Positions 40,775 to 52,057 of a stretch of DNA of 64,000 nucleotides are shown piece by piece (the stretch's first letter is position 1; the number at the start of each line of letters is the position of its first letter). The translations under genes were made by a program, and so were the position numbers. Under the pieces are notes generated by a model. That model was not told the origin of the DNA. It did no database searches and saw only the letters and a program-made list of their open reading frames with translations. Origin of the DNA: a virus; the IMG/VR virus record IMGVR_UViG_3300025012_000047, positions 1 through 64,000 of that record. One strand, given 5' to 3'.

Positions 40775-41704
40775 ATAAAGGTTATGTTTATACTAAAATG
40801 AGTGATGAGTTCGAAGTGAAAGTAGATGATTTATCTAATGGTTCTCATGTATTAGTTGAAGTGAGATGTGATGGTTGTATGGGGTATAGATACTTTTGGT
40901 AAAGATTTTCTTGATAAATATTGGGATTATAATAAAAACACAGTTAATCCTTGGGAGATATCAAGATGTGCAAACAAACCAAAAGTATGGATTAAGTGCC
41001 AAGAAAAAGATTATCATGGAAGTTATCCAATAATTTGTAATGGGTTTATAAATAAAGTTAGATGCCCTTATTGCCATAGTAGAGGTAGTGTACATAAGAT
41101 ACATAAATTAGATAGTTTAGGATCATTATTTTTAAAATCTGCTGCAGTTTGGTCTAATAAAAATGAAAAAACACCTTTTGAATATTCCCCTTTTAGCATT
41201 AAAGAAGTTTGGTGGAAGTGTCCTGATGGTAAACACGAAGATTATAAAAGAAAAATATCTGACTCAAATACTTACAAATTTAGATGTCCTGAATGTCAAT
41301 ATTCTAAAGGAGAAGATAGAATAGGAATACATTTAATAAATAATAATTGGAAGAAAATCATACAAGAAGAGTATGAAAAATTATTAAAAATAAATGAAGA
41401 TAATTATTATATTCCACAAAAAACTTTTAATAGATTATTAGGTTTAGGAGGAAAATTATTATCTTATGATTTTTATATCCCTAAATTAAATTTACTTATA
41501 GAATATCAAGGAGACCAGCATGAAAAACCTATAGATTTCAAAGGTAAAGGTAAAAAATATGCAGAGGAACAATTTGAAATTCAAAAAGAACATGACAAAA
41601 GAAAGAAAGAATATGCATTGCAAAACGGATATAATTTTCTAGAAATTTGGTATTGGGAATTTGATAATATTGAAGAGATTATAAATAATTATATTAATGT
41701 ATAA
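40744..41704 (+). pseudogene. Zinc-ribbon PD-(D/E)xK endonuclease with deleted and frameshifted N-terminus
   Basis: Orphan N-terminal frame WSSSNKKWYVNKGY...EVRCDGC joins out of frame to ORF 40868-41704 (SYDFYIP...IEYQGDQH). Confidence 0.6.
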
Positions 41705-41741
41705 TAAAATTAAAACCGAAAGATTTATGAGGTATACTTAA

Positions 41742-42227
41742 ATGAGTTTTCAGAAAATAAAATTTGAAAAAATTATTAACAATAGTGAAGTACAACATTT
41801 GATAAATGGGAAATATGTTGATAAAGAAACTTATGAATCTTTACTAAATGACGACACCTTATATGTCATGCCTCCATTACCTAAAATGAATGGTTCTCCT
41901 GAAAATAGTAATCCACCCAAACCAAGCAATGTCACTAATATTAATAAATATAATTCTAGTGATTCAGAATATGAATCTAATGAAGAATGTGATTGCCCTC
42001 AATGTCAAGAATTGTTAGATATAATTTATACCATTAGAGAAATGGATAATTATGAAGCAAAGGAATTATTAACTAATTACATAGACGCGATAAAAACAAA
42101 AACTGGTTTAGAAACATCTACTGAAATATATAGTCAACTTGGTAATGGAATGATTAAGGTTTCTGCTCAGTTAGATGTGCAATTAGATAATTTTATGAGT
42201 CAATTTGATGTTGTTGAAGAAGAGTAG
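41742..42227 (+). CDS. Hypothetical protein
   Basis: ORF with GAGG RBS. Confidence 0.75.
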   Translation: MSFQKIKFEKIINNSEVQHLINGKYVDKETYESLLNDDTLYVMPPLPKMNGSPENSNPPKPSNVTNINKYNSSDSEYESNEECDCPQCQELLDIIYTIREMDNYEAKELLTNYIDAIKTKTGLETSTEIYSQLGNGMIKVSAQLDVQLDNFMSQFDVVEEE

Positions 42228-42300
42228 TTAGAGTTTATTGAATTAATTTATGTTAACTTTATAATAATAAAAATAAATAATAAAGGCAGGAATATTAACT

Positions 42301-43050
42301 ATGCAAATTAATAAACAAAAATATACATTATCTCAAGTTGAAGAAATTATCGACAACCACTTAGACTCTGAACAAAATTTAATGTTTATTTGTGACTTCT
42401 CAGTAGCACATTATATTTATGATTATATCCATAATGACTATGGAATAGATGCTGAGTGTATGGAATTGTCAAGTAATGTTGATGAATATTATGTAAGTTT
42501 ACAATTTTATAAAGATGAAGAAATTGGTTTCTTTTGTGAATTTGCTAGATGTAATGATGGAACTTATAAATATGACGAAGTTGATAATATAGATTACTAC
42601 GTGATGTCAAATATGTCGTTCGGAGATGTTAGGGAATTCTTAGCAGGTAAGGGAAGAGTAATATTTTGTGAGTTTGATGATGAGAGTAATGTGGAAGAAT
42701 TGGTTACTGAGGATGAATCATATCTCTGTAAGTGTTGTTCTTGCGATAATGATGATTGTGATGAGTATAATTGTACATGTGGTAAACCTGATTGTTGTGA
42801 TAATGAGTTATTAGAAGATGAGAATTGTGTTCCTTGTCCTTGCGTCTCATGTAAATCTGCTAGAGGTGAATTTACTCCAGAGGAAGAATATGAAATTGGA
42901 TTAGTAGAACATTATGCTCAGTATATTGAAAATAGTGAGTGTGAGTGCGGATCGCAATTAAGGAATATTCTTTATAGTATGTTACAGGAATGTATGTCTA
43001 TGGGGTATGAAAATGCTAAGGATGAGATGAGGGAGTTTTTAAAGGATTAG
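42301..43050 (+). CDS. Acidic, cysteine-rich hypothetical protein (YonH-like position)
   Basis: CKCCSCDNDDCDEYNCTCGKPDCCD...CVPCPCVSC. Confidence 0.75.
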   Translation: MQINKQKYTLSQVEEIIDNHLDSEQNLMFICDFSVAHYIYDYIHNDYGIDAECMELSSNVDEYYVSLQFYKDEEIGFFCEFARCNDGTYKYDEVDNIDYYVMSNMSFGDVREFLAGKGRVIFCEFDDESNVEELVTEDESYLCKCCSCDNDDCDEYNCTCGKPDCCDNELLEDENCVPCPCVSCKSARGEFTPEEEYEIGLVEHYAQYIENSECECGSQLRNILYSMLQECMSMGYENAKDEMREFLKD

Positions 43051-43093
43051 ATAATATAAAATCTAAGTTTTAAATGGGAGGGAATTATTATTA

Positions 43094-43261
43094 ATGAATA
43101 AAATGACTAAGAATATTATAGATGGAATAATTGGTGATATTACCATGAGAAGTGGTCTTGGCGATGTGTGGGATCAAATAGACGAAGGAACAAAAATAGA
43201 TATTACAAAAGAATGGGAAAGAATTATTACAAAAGAATTGAAATTTTATGGATTGATTTAA
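43094..43261 (+). CDS. 55-aa hypothetical protein
   Basis: Not in track; GGAGG RBS. Confidence 0.55.
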   Translation: MNKMTKNIIDGIIGDITMRSGLGDVWDQIDEGTKIDITKEWERIITKELKFYGLI

Positions 43262-43297
43262 TGTTTTGGTAATTTAATATTTATTTTGCTATAGATA

Positions 43298-43328
43298 GTA
43301 CTCCTAGCTTTTAGTTAGGAGTATTTTT
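43298..43328 (+). terminator. Intrinsic terminator
   Basis: TACTCCTAGC-TTTTA-GTTAGGAGTA-TTTTT. Confidence 0.65.
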
Positions 43329-43412
43329 GTGTAACAAAATAAGTTATACAAATAAGGTAGTGTCTTACCACTAAAATATTGGGTCATGTCCTACCATGAG
43401 AAGGAGAAATAT

Positions 43413-44519
43413 ATGATAACTAAGGAACTATTAAACAAAAATAGAGTATTAACCATGTCAAACAATCGTAAATGTGATTATCTAATTGTGGATGTATCTT
43501 CCACCACAGGTAATAATAGAGACATTACAACTATGATGGCAATTAATACACAAGGAAATAGGAAAGATATTCTAGTCATCAAAACATTTATAGGAAAATC
43601 TTTTGCAGAACTTGTAGATGAAGCATATTGGTTGTGTTGTGAGTTCGGTATACAGATTATTTTAGTAGATAAATCAGGTATGGGATTAGGATTTATTGAA
43701 CAATTTGAGATGAATATAAATCCAAATAATGTTTCTGTAAGAGGATTAGATGGAAGAAAAATATATCAAAATATAAATATTAATGAAATAAAGAAAGATT
43801 TACAATATGGTAATTTGAGATTCTTACAAACACCAGAATTAGCTATGGTTAGTTATATGAAACCATTTTTAGGATTATCAAATATTATGGATTCACATAG
43901 AGAAACTAGTGAATTAATTAATGAGATAAATAATCTTGAGATCAAAATGAGATTAGATAAAATTGTTTTAAGTGGTTTAGATGAAACTATTGGTAAAGGA
44001 AGATTGAATTGTTTATTAGCGTTTTATTCTTATCCAATGAATATGGCATCAGAATTAGAAGATGACAGTAAGGGGAATAAAGAAAGATATGATGTTGCTA
44101 AAAGGAATAATAAATATGAAATAATTCATGGTATTTTTTATAAGTATATGTTTAAGTGTATTGAAAATAAGCATATTAAGGTAATATTTTATCATAATGG
44201 TCAGCACAAAATACAGAAGTTTCAAGATATAACTGAAGAAGATCAATTTAGAAGTTTATTTCTAAAAGATATAAAAAGTATAAGTAAATCAAAAGATCGT
44301 TTTGAGATTATTTTTTATAATGGAAGTATAATACAATTTATGTACGCTAGTGATAATGCAAGGGGATATAGAAGTCATTATGCTGTTGTGGATACTGAAA
44401 TTGATAGAGAAACATTTGATAATGTAATTAGATTTAAAACTATGTTGTTTGATGTGGAAAAAGAAAAAAGTTATGGGAGAATAGAGAATATTTATAATAT
44501 TGATTATATAGAGATGTAG
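43413..44519 (+). CDS. Degenerate, domain-permuted terminase large-subunit paralogue (nuclease-like N-terminus, ATPase fragment at C-terminus)
   Basis: IVDVSS...D, ILVDKSGMG and LINEINNL match the TerL nuclease; FYNGSII...ARGYRSHYAVVDT matches the TerL Walker-B region. Confidence 0.65.
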   Translation: MITKELLNKNRVLTMSNNRKCDYLIVDVSSTTGNNRDITTMMAINTQGNRKDILVIKTFIGKSFAELVDEAYWLCCEFGIQIILVDKSGMGLGFIEQFEMNINPNNVSVRGLDGRKIYQNININEIKKDLQYGNLRFLQTPELAMVSYMKPFLGLSNIMDSHRETSELINEINNLEIKMRLDKIVLSGLDETIGKGRLNCLLAFYSYPMNMASELEDDSKGNKERYDVAKRNNKYEIIHGIFYKYMFKCIENKHIKVIFYHNGQHKIQKFQDITEEDQFRSLFLKDIKSISKSKDRFEIIFYNGSIIQFMYASDNARGYRSHYAVVDTEIDRETFDNVIRFKTMLFDVEKEKSYGRIENIYNIDYIEM

Positions 44520-44718
44520 ATATATGTAATTTAATGTTTTGTGGATAAGTCGATAATCCAAGCAGAAATGTTTGGATTATTTGTTATTCACAGGAATATT
44601 GTGGATCAAAGTTGAGAGGTAATTTGGGAGTAGCTACCCATCTCTACACGCCTCTCTTCTTTATATTTTTAAGTTTTAGTGTAGAGAGAAATAAATGTGT
44701 AGAAAGAAGGAAATAAAG

Positions 44719-45909
44719 ATGTTACTAACAAAAGAAGTAGAGGTTACTTGTCTGTCAAATAATAAGAAATATATTGAAAGTTTAGGTCATAAGTGGAAAT
44801 ACAAAAAGATTTTTACTATCGATGTTCATAAATTATTAGATGGTAGCAATGCACCAATCCAATGTTTATGTGATTATTGCTTAGAAGAAGGAATAGAAAC
44901 AGTTATATCTAAACCATATTATAAATATACAAAGAGTCATAAAAATCAACCTATAATAAAAGACGCATGTGATAAATGCAGGCATAAGAAACAAGAAGAA
45001 TTATGCTTAATTAAAAATGGAGTCAGGTATAGCCCACAGATAAAAGGTGTAGGTAGCAAAATTGCAGTTGCTAAAACTAAATATAATATTAATGGAATAG
45101 ATGAAGAGTTCAAAGAAAGAGACTTAGTATTATTAACTAAAACTTATAAAAATGCAGAATCATATATGGAATTCATTTGTAACAAACATATAGATAAAGG
45201 TGTTCAGTCTATAAGATATGGAAATTTCAAATATAAAGATCAAGATTGCAAATATTGTTCTTGGGACAAATTAAGCAAAGATAAACGAAGAGATTTTAGT
45301 GAAGTTCAAGATTTATTTAAAGATAAAAAAGTAATTCTTCTATCAAAAGAAGAAGATTATATTAATAATCAATCACCATTGGAATATGAATGTCCAATAC
45401 ATAAGGGAATAATTCAAACAAAAACATATGAGGCAATGCTTCATTCTTATGGTTGTAATCTATGTAGTTATGATATGCATAAAGGAGAAAATAACCCAAT
45501 GTGGAAGGGTGGTTTCTCTGAGATAAATTCAATTTTAAGAGATTCTATTGCAGAATGGAAGAAAGAATCGATGATAGCATCAAATTATAAATGTGTTGTA
45601 ACAAATAAACGATTTGATGTAATTCATCATTTATATGGATTTGATAAAATATTTAATGATATATTTGATAACTTAAATATTGAAAAAAGAAGATTTATTA
45701 ATGAATATTCGGACGAAGAATTAGTATTGATTAGAAATGAATGTAGTAGATTACATAAAATTCATGGTGTCGGAGTTTGTTTAACTGGTGATATTCATGC
45801 ACTTTTCCACAAAATTTATGGGTATGGTGAAAATAATATAGAACAATTTAATGAATTTAAGGAAAATTATATTAGTGGTAAATATAAATATTTAGAAGAA
45901 GTTGGTTAA
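44719..45909 (+). CDS. HNH-like homing endonuclease
   Basis: CDYC N-terminus, GENNPMWKGG, CVVT...IHHLYGF...GVCL...HALFH. Confidence 0.75.
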   Translation: MLLTKEVEVTCLSNNKKYIESLGHKWKYKKIFTIDVHKLLDGSNAPIQCLCDYCLEEGIETVISKPYYKYTKSHKNQPIIKDACDKCRHKKQEELCLIKNGVRYSPQIKGVGSKIAVAKTKYNINGIDEEFKERDLVLLTKTYKNAESYMEFICNKHIDKGVQSIRYGNFKYKDQDCKYCSWDKLSKDKRRDFSEVQDLFKDKKVILLSKEEDYINNQSPLEYECPIHKGIIQTKTYEAMLHSYGCNLCSYDMHKGENNPMWKGGFSEINSILRDSIAEWKKESMIASNYKCVVTNKRFDVIHHLYGFDKIFNDIFDNLNIEKRRFINEYSDEELVLIRNECSRLHKIHGVGVCLTGDIHALFHKIYGYGENNIEQFNEFKENYISGKYKYLEEVG

Positions 45910-45943
45910 ATATCAACTTCTTCTATTAAGGAGTCAATTAAAT

Positions 45944-46786
45944 ATGGTAACTACTCAAAAATCTAAAACAAAAGTAAAAATTAAACGTAATGAAATTACT
46001 TGTACTAAATGTGGATTAATTAAATCTATAAATATAAGTAATTTTTTTAAGACAGATAACCCTTTGTATAGTGAATTTTTCCCAACGTGTAAGGATTGTA
46101 TTTATGAATTATATAACGCACATATACAAAATGGTTCTGATATTAGAAATGCTACTATACAGATTTGCGAATTATTAGATAGACCGTACATTGAAGATGT
46201 ATTTTTTACAACATATGAAAAAGAAAAAGACAGTATTAAAATTTTAGGTTTGTATCTTAAAAATTCATCCATGCAACAGTGGAAAAAACAAGGAATTATA
46301 AGATATAAAGATAGTATATTTGCTAAAAACACCTCACAGGGGATGCAATTAGTATTTGAAGATCAAACAAGAATATATAGCGAAGAGTGGAACGGGAGAT
46401 ATACCCAAACAGATATAAATTATCTTAATCAATATCTTACGGGACTACATTCTGATTTTAAAATTAACACAACTAGTTATAAAGATTATGCAAAGAAAAT
46501 TTGTTGTGCTAGTTTAGCTGTAAATAAAGCTTATCAAGATATGTTAGATGGTGTAAACGGAGCAGATAAAAAATATAAAGATTTACAATCAACTTTTGAT
46601 ACTCTATCGAAATCTGCTCAATTTAGTGAGAATTCTAGATCAAGTATGAGTGCAGGTATCAATAGTATTAGTCAAGTTGTTGATAAAATTGAAAGTAAAG
46701 AGTGGATATATGAAGCAGAAGAATATGAAAAAGATGCTATTGAACATTTATTAGATCAATTTAATAACATCCAGAAATCTTTGTAG
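45944..46786 (+). CDS. Putative terminase small subunit (YonG-like)
   Basis: CTKC...FF...PTCKDC zinc finger; directly upstream of TerL. Confidence 0.6.
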   Translation: MVTTQKSKTKVKIKRNEITCTKCGLIKSINISNFFKTDNPLYSEFFPTCKDCIYELYNAHIQNGSDIRNATIQICELLDRPYIEDVFFTTYEKEKDSIKILGLYLKNSSMQQWKKQGIIRYKDSIFAKNTSQGMQLVFEDQTRIYSEEWNGRYTQTDINYLNQYLTGLHSDFKINTTSYKDYAKKICCASLAVNKAYQDMLDGVNGADKKYKDLQSTFDTLSKSAQFSENSRSSMSAGINSISQVVDKIESKEWIYEAEEYEKDAIEHLLDQFNNIQKSL

Positions 46787-46794
46787 GTGATATA

Positions 46795-48531
46795 ATGGCA
46801 GTATTTAAAAACTTTAGTAAGAAAAGTAGACATATAAAAGATGGTGATTATGATAATTTAGACAGTAGTTTTAGTTATGATCCAATTATAGGAGAAGGGG
46901 AAAATTTAAATGATGAAGAATGGAAGAAATTCATTGCATATTATAGAATTCATATCGACAAATTTTGTATTGAAATTCTATGCTTAAAGCTTCATTTTTT
47001 TCAACGATTGATACTAAGAGCAATGGCAAGATATCAATATATAATGCTTATCTGTTGTCGTGGTCTTGGAAAATCTTGGATAGTGGCTTTATTTTTTGTT
47101 TGCTCTTGTATTCTTCACAAGGGGTTAAAATGTGGTATAGCTTCAGGGCAAGGACAACAGGCTAGGAACGTAATTATTCAAAAAATTAAAGGAGAATTAG
47201 CTAACAATCCAAATATAGCAAGAGAAATAATATTCCCAATTAGTGTTTCTTCGGACAATTGTGTTGTAAATTTTAGAAATGGTAGTGAAATTAGAGCTAT
47301 CGTATTGGGAAGAAATCAAGGTGACGGAGCTAGAAGTTGGAGATTCCATTATTTGGCAATTGACGAAGCTAGGCTCGTGCCAGATAGTATAATATCAACC
47401 ATCTTAATACCGATGACAAAAACTAAAAGACCAGTTGCAATTGAACATATGCAACCAGAAAAAGGCAAAGTAATTTTTATATCTTCAGCTTTTTTAAAAA
47501 CAAGCGATTTGTATAAAAGATTTACTTATTTTGCTGATAAAATGAAAGAAGGTAATAAAAATTATTTTGTTTGTGCGTTAGATTATAAGGTTGGAATTGA
47601 AGCTATGATATTTGATGCAGAAGATATTGAGGAAGAAAGAAGTAAGCCAGACACAACTGAAGAAATTTTTCTTTATGAGTATTGTGGACAGTTCGTAGGT
47701 TCTAGTGGTGAAAGTTATTATCCTTATGAAATAACATACCCATGTAGAATATTAGATCAGTGTGAATTAATTCAACCAAAAAAGAGTAAAAGTCAATATG
47801 TAATTGTACATGACGTTGCTTTATCTAATGCTAAAAACTCTGATAATGCATGTACCCATGTGATTAAACTTAAAGAAAAAGCCAATGGTACATATTTTAA
47901 AGACGTTGTTTATACAAAAACTCATAATGGAGCAACTCTTCCAGAACAAAGAGATTTCTTAAGAGAATTATATCATCTTAAATTTCCTAATGCAATAAAA
48001 ATAATTATTGATATGCGTGGAAACGGAGAACCTTTGCCTTCACTTTTTTATGAAGCTTGGGAATATAGAGATGAAAAAACAAAAGAAACGATTGAATTTC
48101 CCCCATTAGTTTTAGATGATGATGATAAAGGTAAAGAAATAAAAAATTCTCTACCTATAATTAGAGGAATCACAGCGACTCAAAGTAGTAATAATACAAT
48201 GTATACTTATCTTAAAGCGTCTTTTGAGAATAATTCTTTAAGATTATTAAAACATTCTACAGAGGTAGACGAAGAATACAAAAATGATCAAATAACAGTT
48301 GAAGAATATTCTATGTTTGTTCAGACAGATTTATTGATTCAGGAGTTATCTAATATCAAACAAATTTTAAGTGGCAATAATAATATAATTTATGATCGTA
48401 TTGTAAAAACCCATAAACGCGATAGAGCAACAAGTTTGGCTTATGGTTTGTCAGTAATTAATGAAATGGAAGAATATAATAGAAAAAATCAAACAGATGA
48501 TGACTACGATTTCGTATTTACTTATTCATAA
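46795..48531 (+). CDS. terL: Terminase large subunit (YonF-like)
   Basis: CRGLGKS Walker A, LAIDEA Walker B, VHDVA, IIDMRGNG, RDRATS. Confidence 0.9.
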   Translation: MAVFKNFSKKSRHIKDGDYDNLDSSFSYDPIIGEGENLNDEEWKKFIAYYRIHIDKFCIEILCLKLHFFQRLILRAMARYQYIMLICCRGLGKSWIVALFFVCSCILHKGLKCGIASGQGQQARNVIIQKIKGELANNPNIAREIIFPISVSSDNCVVNFRNGSEIRAIVLGRNQGDGARSWRFHYLAIDEARLVPDSIISTILIPMTKTKRPVAIEHMQPEKGKVIFISSAFLKTSDLYKRFTYFADKMKEGNKNYFVCALDYKVGIEAMIFDAEDIEEERSKPDTTEEIFLYEYCGQFVGSSGESYYPYEITYPCRILDQCELIQPKKSKSQYVIVHDVALSNAKNSDNACTHVIKLKEKANGTYFKDVVYTKTHNGATLPEQRDFLRELYHLKFPNAIKIIIDMRGNGEPLPSLFYEAWEYRDEKTKETIEFPPLVLDDDDKGKEIKNSLPIIRGITATQSSNNTMYTYLKASFENNSLRLLKHSTEVDEEYKNDQITVEEYSMFVQTDLLIQELSNIKQILSGNNNIIYDRIVKTHKRDRATSLAYGLSVINEMEEYNRKNQTDDDYDFVFTYS

Positions 48532-48788
48532 ATAATTCTGATGAAGATATGGAAATGGAAAATTATTAAGTTTCCTTGAATGAGAATTTTGATTCCAATT
48601 TAATAAGAAAGGAATTGTGATATGACAAGAACTATAGATTACGCCAAATGTCCTAAATGTGGTAAGAAATTTGAAATGGGATTCAATAATTATTAATTAT
48701 GGATGGATTGGTTTATTGGAGGTATTAGGTTATGAAGTTGAAATAAAATGTATTTCTGATGAATATTATAAAGAAAGGAGGTTTCTTC

Positions 48789-50378
48789 TTGGAGGAGGAA
48801 TATAATAATATATCGCCACTTAAACTTGAAACTTCTCATGCAATTGAATTGAATTCAATGTCTTTAACCACATATATGTTTCAAGAAGCATTAACGACTG
48901 GCATCTCACTTGAACAGCTAAAACTTTATTGTAAATATCCAATGAGATATAATATGCAATTACGTAAATTAAGTAGAGAAATGTATGGAATGAATGGAAT
49001 TATGTCGAATACAACAGATTATTATGTATCTATTGCGTCATTAGATAAAATTACAACATGCTATGATAATACAACTCAAAATCAAAAAAGAAGAAAATTA
49101 TATGATTTAATGACAGATAAAATTAATCATAAATTAACTTCTAGAGATATTTTACTTAGACTTTGTATAGACGGAATGTATGTAGGGTTTATGAGAAATT
49201 CCAAAGCATCTAATAAAGATGCAGTAATTCAACAAGGATTGGTTGACAGTATGCAGATTCTTGAAGGATTGTCTATGGATGATTCCATGATGATTCAACC
49301 ATTAAATTTAGATTATTGCAGAATATTGGGTTTTCAAAATAATGATTATGTCGTTGGTTTTGATATGCTATATTTTAATGCTTTTGTTGGTAATGATTTA
49401 TTAGGTGAAATTAAAAACTTCCCACCTGAATTTGTAAAGGCATATTTAGATTATAAAAAAGATGGCAGTAAAAGATGGTTTAAATTAGATCAATCTAAAA
49501 CTGTTGTTTTAAAAATAAAAAGTAATATTGATGAACCATTTGGTAGAGGGTTGGCTGTTGCTGCTTTGTCAGATATGTTTTTCTCTGATCAATATACTGA
49601 TAGTCAAAGAGCAAATATTATTGAAAATGCTGGAACTATAAGGTGGCTCAAACAACCAAGTGGTGAAAAACAAGGAACTTGTGCATTAAATAAAGATGCA
49701 CAGCAAAATCAATATGATAATTTTAAGAATGCAGTTTCATCTAATTCATCTGGAAGTGATAGAAGAATTGGAAAGACCACTACTTTAGTTTTAGCTCCTG
49801 GGACTGAAGTTGGAAAACTTGAAACAAATACTAATGATACAATAAATACCTTAACTGATGAGAATATGAAAAGAATTTCAACTGATTTAGGGTTTGCTTC
49901 TGGAGCATTAAATGGTGAAGGGAATGCTACATATAGTAGTTTGCAAGTTAATATCGACCTAGTATTGACACAAATTTATCAATGGTTAGAACAAATTTCA
50001 TGGCAATATACTAAAGTATTTAATAATCTAATTAATTCTAAAGGCAAAGATATAATTAAATTTATATATTTAAAAACATCTTCATTGAATAAGAAAAATG
50101 AATATGATATTGCCAAAGAAATGTTTACGTTAGCAAGTGGAAGTAGATTATGGTTGTATGCTGTTGGTAGTGGCGATATAGATACATATATGTCATTAAT
50201 GGAATATGAGAAGGTAATGGATATGGATGCCCTCTATCCTCCCCACTTAACTAGTTTTACCTCAAATAATGAAACTGGAGATAAAGGTGGAAGACCATCT
50301 GGTGATTCGCAGAATACCAATACTCAAAAATCGAAATCAGCTAATACTAATAAAACACCAAAACCATCAACCAAATAA
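48789..50378 (+). CDS. Portal protein (YonE-like)
   Basis: Position after TerL, size, EPFGRG motif; AAGGAGG RBS before TTG 48789. Confidence 0.75.
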   Translation: MEEEYNNISPLKLETSHAIELNSMSLTTYMFQEALTTGISLEQLKLYCKYPMRYNMQLRKLSREMYGMNGIMSNTTDYYVSIASLDKITTCYDNTTQNQKRRKLYDLMTDKINHKLTSRDILLRLCIDGMYVGFMRNSKASNKDAVIQQGLVDSMQILEGLSMDDSMMIQPLNLDYCRILGFQNNDYVVGFDMLYFNAFVGNDLLGEIKNFPPEFVKAYLDYKKDGSKRWFKLDQSKTVVLKIKSNIDEPFGRGLAVAALSDMFFSDQYTDSQRANIIENAGTIRWLKQPSGEKQGTCALNKDAQQNQYDNFKNAVSSNSSGSDRRIGKTTTLVLAPGTEVGKLETNTNDTINTLTDENMKRISTDLGFASGALNGEGNATYSSLQVNIDLVLTQIYQWLEQISWQYTKVFNNLINSKGKDIIKFIYLKTSSLNKKNEYDIAKEMFTLASGSRLWLYAVGSGDIDTYMSLMEYEKVMDMDALYPPHLTSFTSNNETGDKGGRPSGDSQNTNTQKSKSANTNKTPKPSTK

Positions 50379-50416
50379 TCAATAATCATTCATTTAAAGG
50401 AGGTGAAAAAGAAAGA

Positions 50417-52057
50417 ATGGGACGTATAATCGAGATTTCTAAAAAAGACTCTGTAGCAGGTCGTGCGAATGTAAAATTTGTACTTCATGAAATCTATAAT
50501 AATGATACAGAGTTTAATAAAAACGGCATAAGTTGGCAACAGCCATATGTAGAACAAAATTCACATACAGTCCGTGGAATGCCTCTGGTTACTCAGTTTT
50601 TAGATGATGAAAAAACAATTCCTTTTGGTGGTCATGGAGAAATGAATGTAAGTGAAGGGATTGTAACTTTTGAAAATAGCCTTGTTGTTGGTTCTTTTGA
50701 AAACGCTTATATAGGAGAAGTTGAGGTTAACAATAAAAAAATAAATGCTCTTATTGGAGAAGCGTATGTTTACGAACAAAGATTCCCTCATCTTGTGGAA
50801 TATATGAGAGAAGAATTTGAAAATGGACGTGCTGTTGAAAGTTCAATTGAAATATGTGCTAAAAAAGCTGATGGCAATGATCAAATTATATATGCTACAG
50901 GTTATAAACCACAAGGGAGAATTCCTGAGAATTATGACTACAGTGGTCATGCAATTCTTATAGGGCAAACACCATCTGATGATTCTGCTTTAATGATTGA
51001 ATTAAATCATTATAAAGAAGAAAATAAAATAGTTGATGATATTCCAATAGAAGTTCCAAATCTACCAGATATTTCAATAGAACAAAATGCTATAAACATT
51101 ATCATAGAAGATGAGGTGAAAGAAGAATTGAGTAAACAAGTAAAAGAAAAAGTAATTGTAAAATCTAAATCTTTCGAAATCAATGAATTGAGTTATGATG
51201 ATATAGCAACTATCATTTCAAGGGCTTTTAATGCTGCAATGTCAATGAAAGAACCTAATGAATATTGCTATTATTATATGTACAAATTTTATCCACAGAG
51301 TCAAACAATTATTATGACTGACTATAATACTCCATCTGAATATTATAAAACATCATACAATATTACCAACAATGATGTCACCATCGGGGATATCGTGGAA
51401 GTAGAGCAAGCATGGACTCCTCTCAATGATGAACCTTCTGTAGAAGTTAATTCATCATTGATTAAGGATATATTATCAAAAAAGAAAGACAAAGGAGGAA
51501 AAGAAAAAATGGATGAAAAACAAATTGCTGAAATCAATGCAAAATTAGATGATTTAACAGCAAGACTAACTGACTCAGATTCTAAAATTGTAGAGTCTAA
51601 TACTAAAATTGATGAATTGAATTCCACTGTTACTGAATTAAATAGTACGATAGTTGAAGCAAATAAAACAATCGAAGCAAAAGCTACCGAACTTAATTCT
51701 ATGACTGAAGAATTAAATTCTTTAAAGGCGTTTAAGGAAGCAAAAGACATCGAAGCAAAAGAGGCAGAAGTACAGGCAAAAATAACAGAAATTAATACAT
51801 ATTTTGAAGTAGAGATTAAGAAAAATGGGTTTAGTGAAGTAGAACTTAATTCTTTAAAAACTGAATATGTAGAAAAGAATGATATGGAGGGACTTAAAGC
51901 AAAAGAAGCAGAATTATGTGTCAAAAGAGTTAAGGAATTAAATTCTTTGAAAACCAACGTGGATATTGAATTGAATGCAAAAAACGACACTACTGATCTA
52001 TTTATGGCGATCCATAACACTGAAAAATCCGAAGAAGATATTTCGGATTTATTTTAA
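50417..52057 (+). CDS. Prohead protease/scaffold protein (YonD-like)
   Basis: N-terminal NKNGI...GHG...SSIEI...SGHAIL protease-like domain; long coiled-coil C-terminus. Confidence 0.75.
   Translation: MGRIIEISKKDSVAGRANVKFVLHEIYNNDTEFNKNGISWQQPYVEQNSHTVRGMPLVTQFLDDEKTIPFGGHGEMNVSEGIVTFENSLVVGSFENAYIGEVEVNNKKINALIGEAYVYEQRFPHLVEYMREEFENGRAVESSIEICAKKADGNDQIIYATGYKPQGRIPENYDYSGHAILIGQTPSDDSALMIELNHYKEENKIVDDIPIEVPNLPDISIEQNAINIIIEDEVKEELSKQVKEKVIVKSKSFEINELSYDDIATIISRAFNAAMSMKEPNEYCYYYMYKFYPQSQTIIMTDYNTPSEYYKTSYNITNNDVTIGDIVEVEQAWTPLNDEPSVEVNSSLIKDILSKKKDKGGKEKMDEKQIAEINAKLDDLTARLTDSDSKIVESNTKIDELNSTVTELNSTIVEANKTIEAKATELNSMTEELNSLKAFKEAKDIEAKEAEVQAKITEINTYFEVEIKKNGFSEVELNSLKTEYVEKNDMEGLKAKEAELCVKRVKELNSLKTNVDIELNAKNDTTDLFMAIHNTEKSEEDISDLF

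Noticed and set aside
48549-48760. Small ORF remnants between TerL and portal (MTRTIDYAKCPKCGKKF...)
   Set aside because: Very short and interrupted; cannot support a gene call
51343-52020. 225-aa minus-strand ORF
   Set aside because: Antisense shadow of the coiled-coil scaffold gene; S/F/L-rich, no RBS
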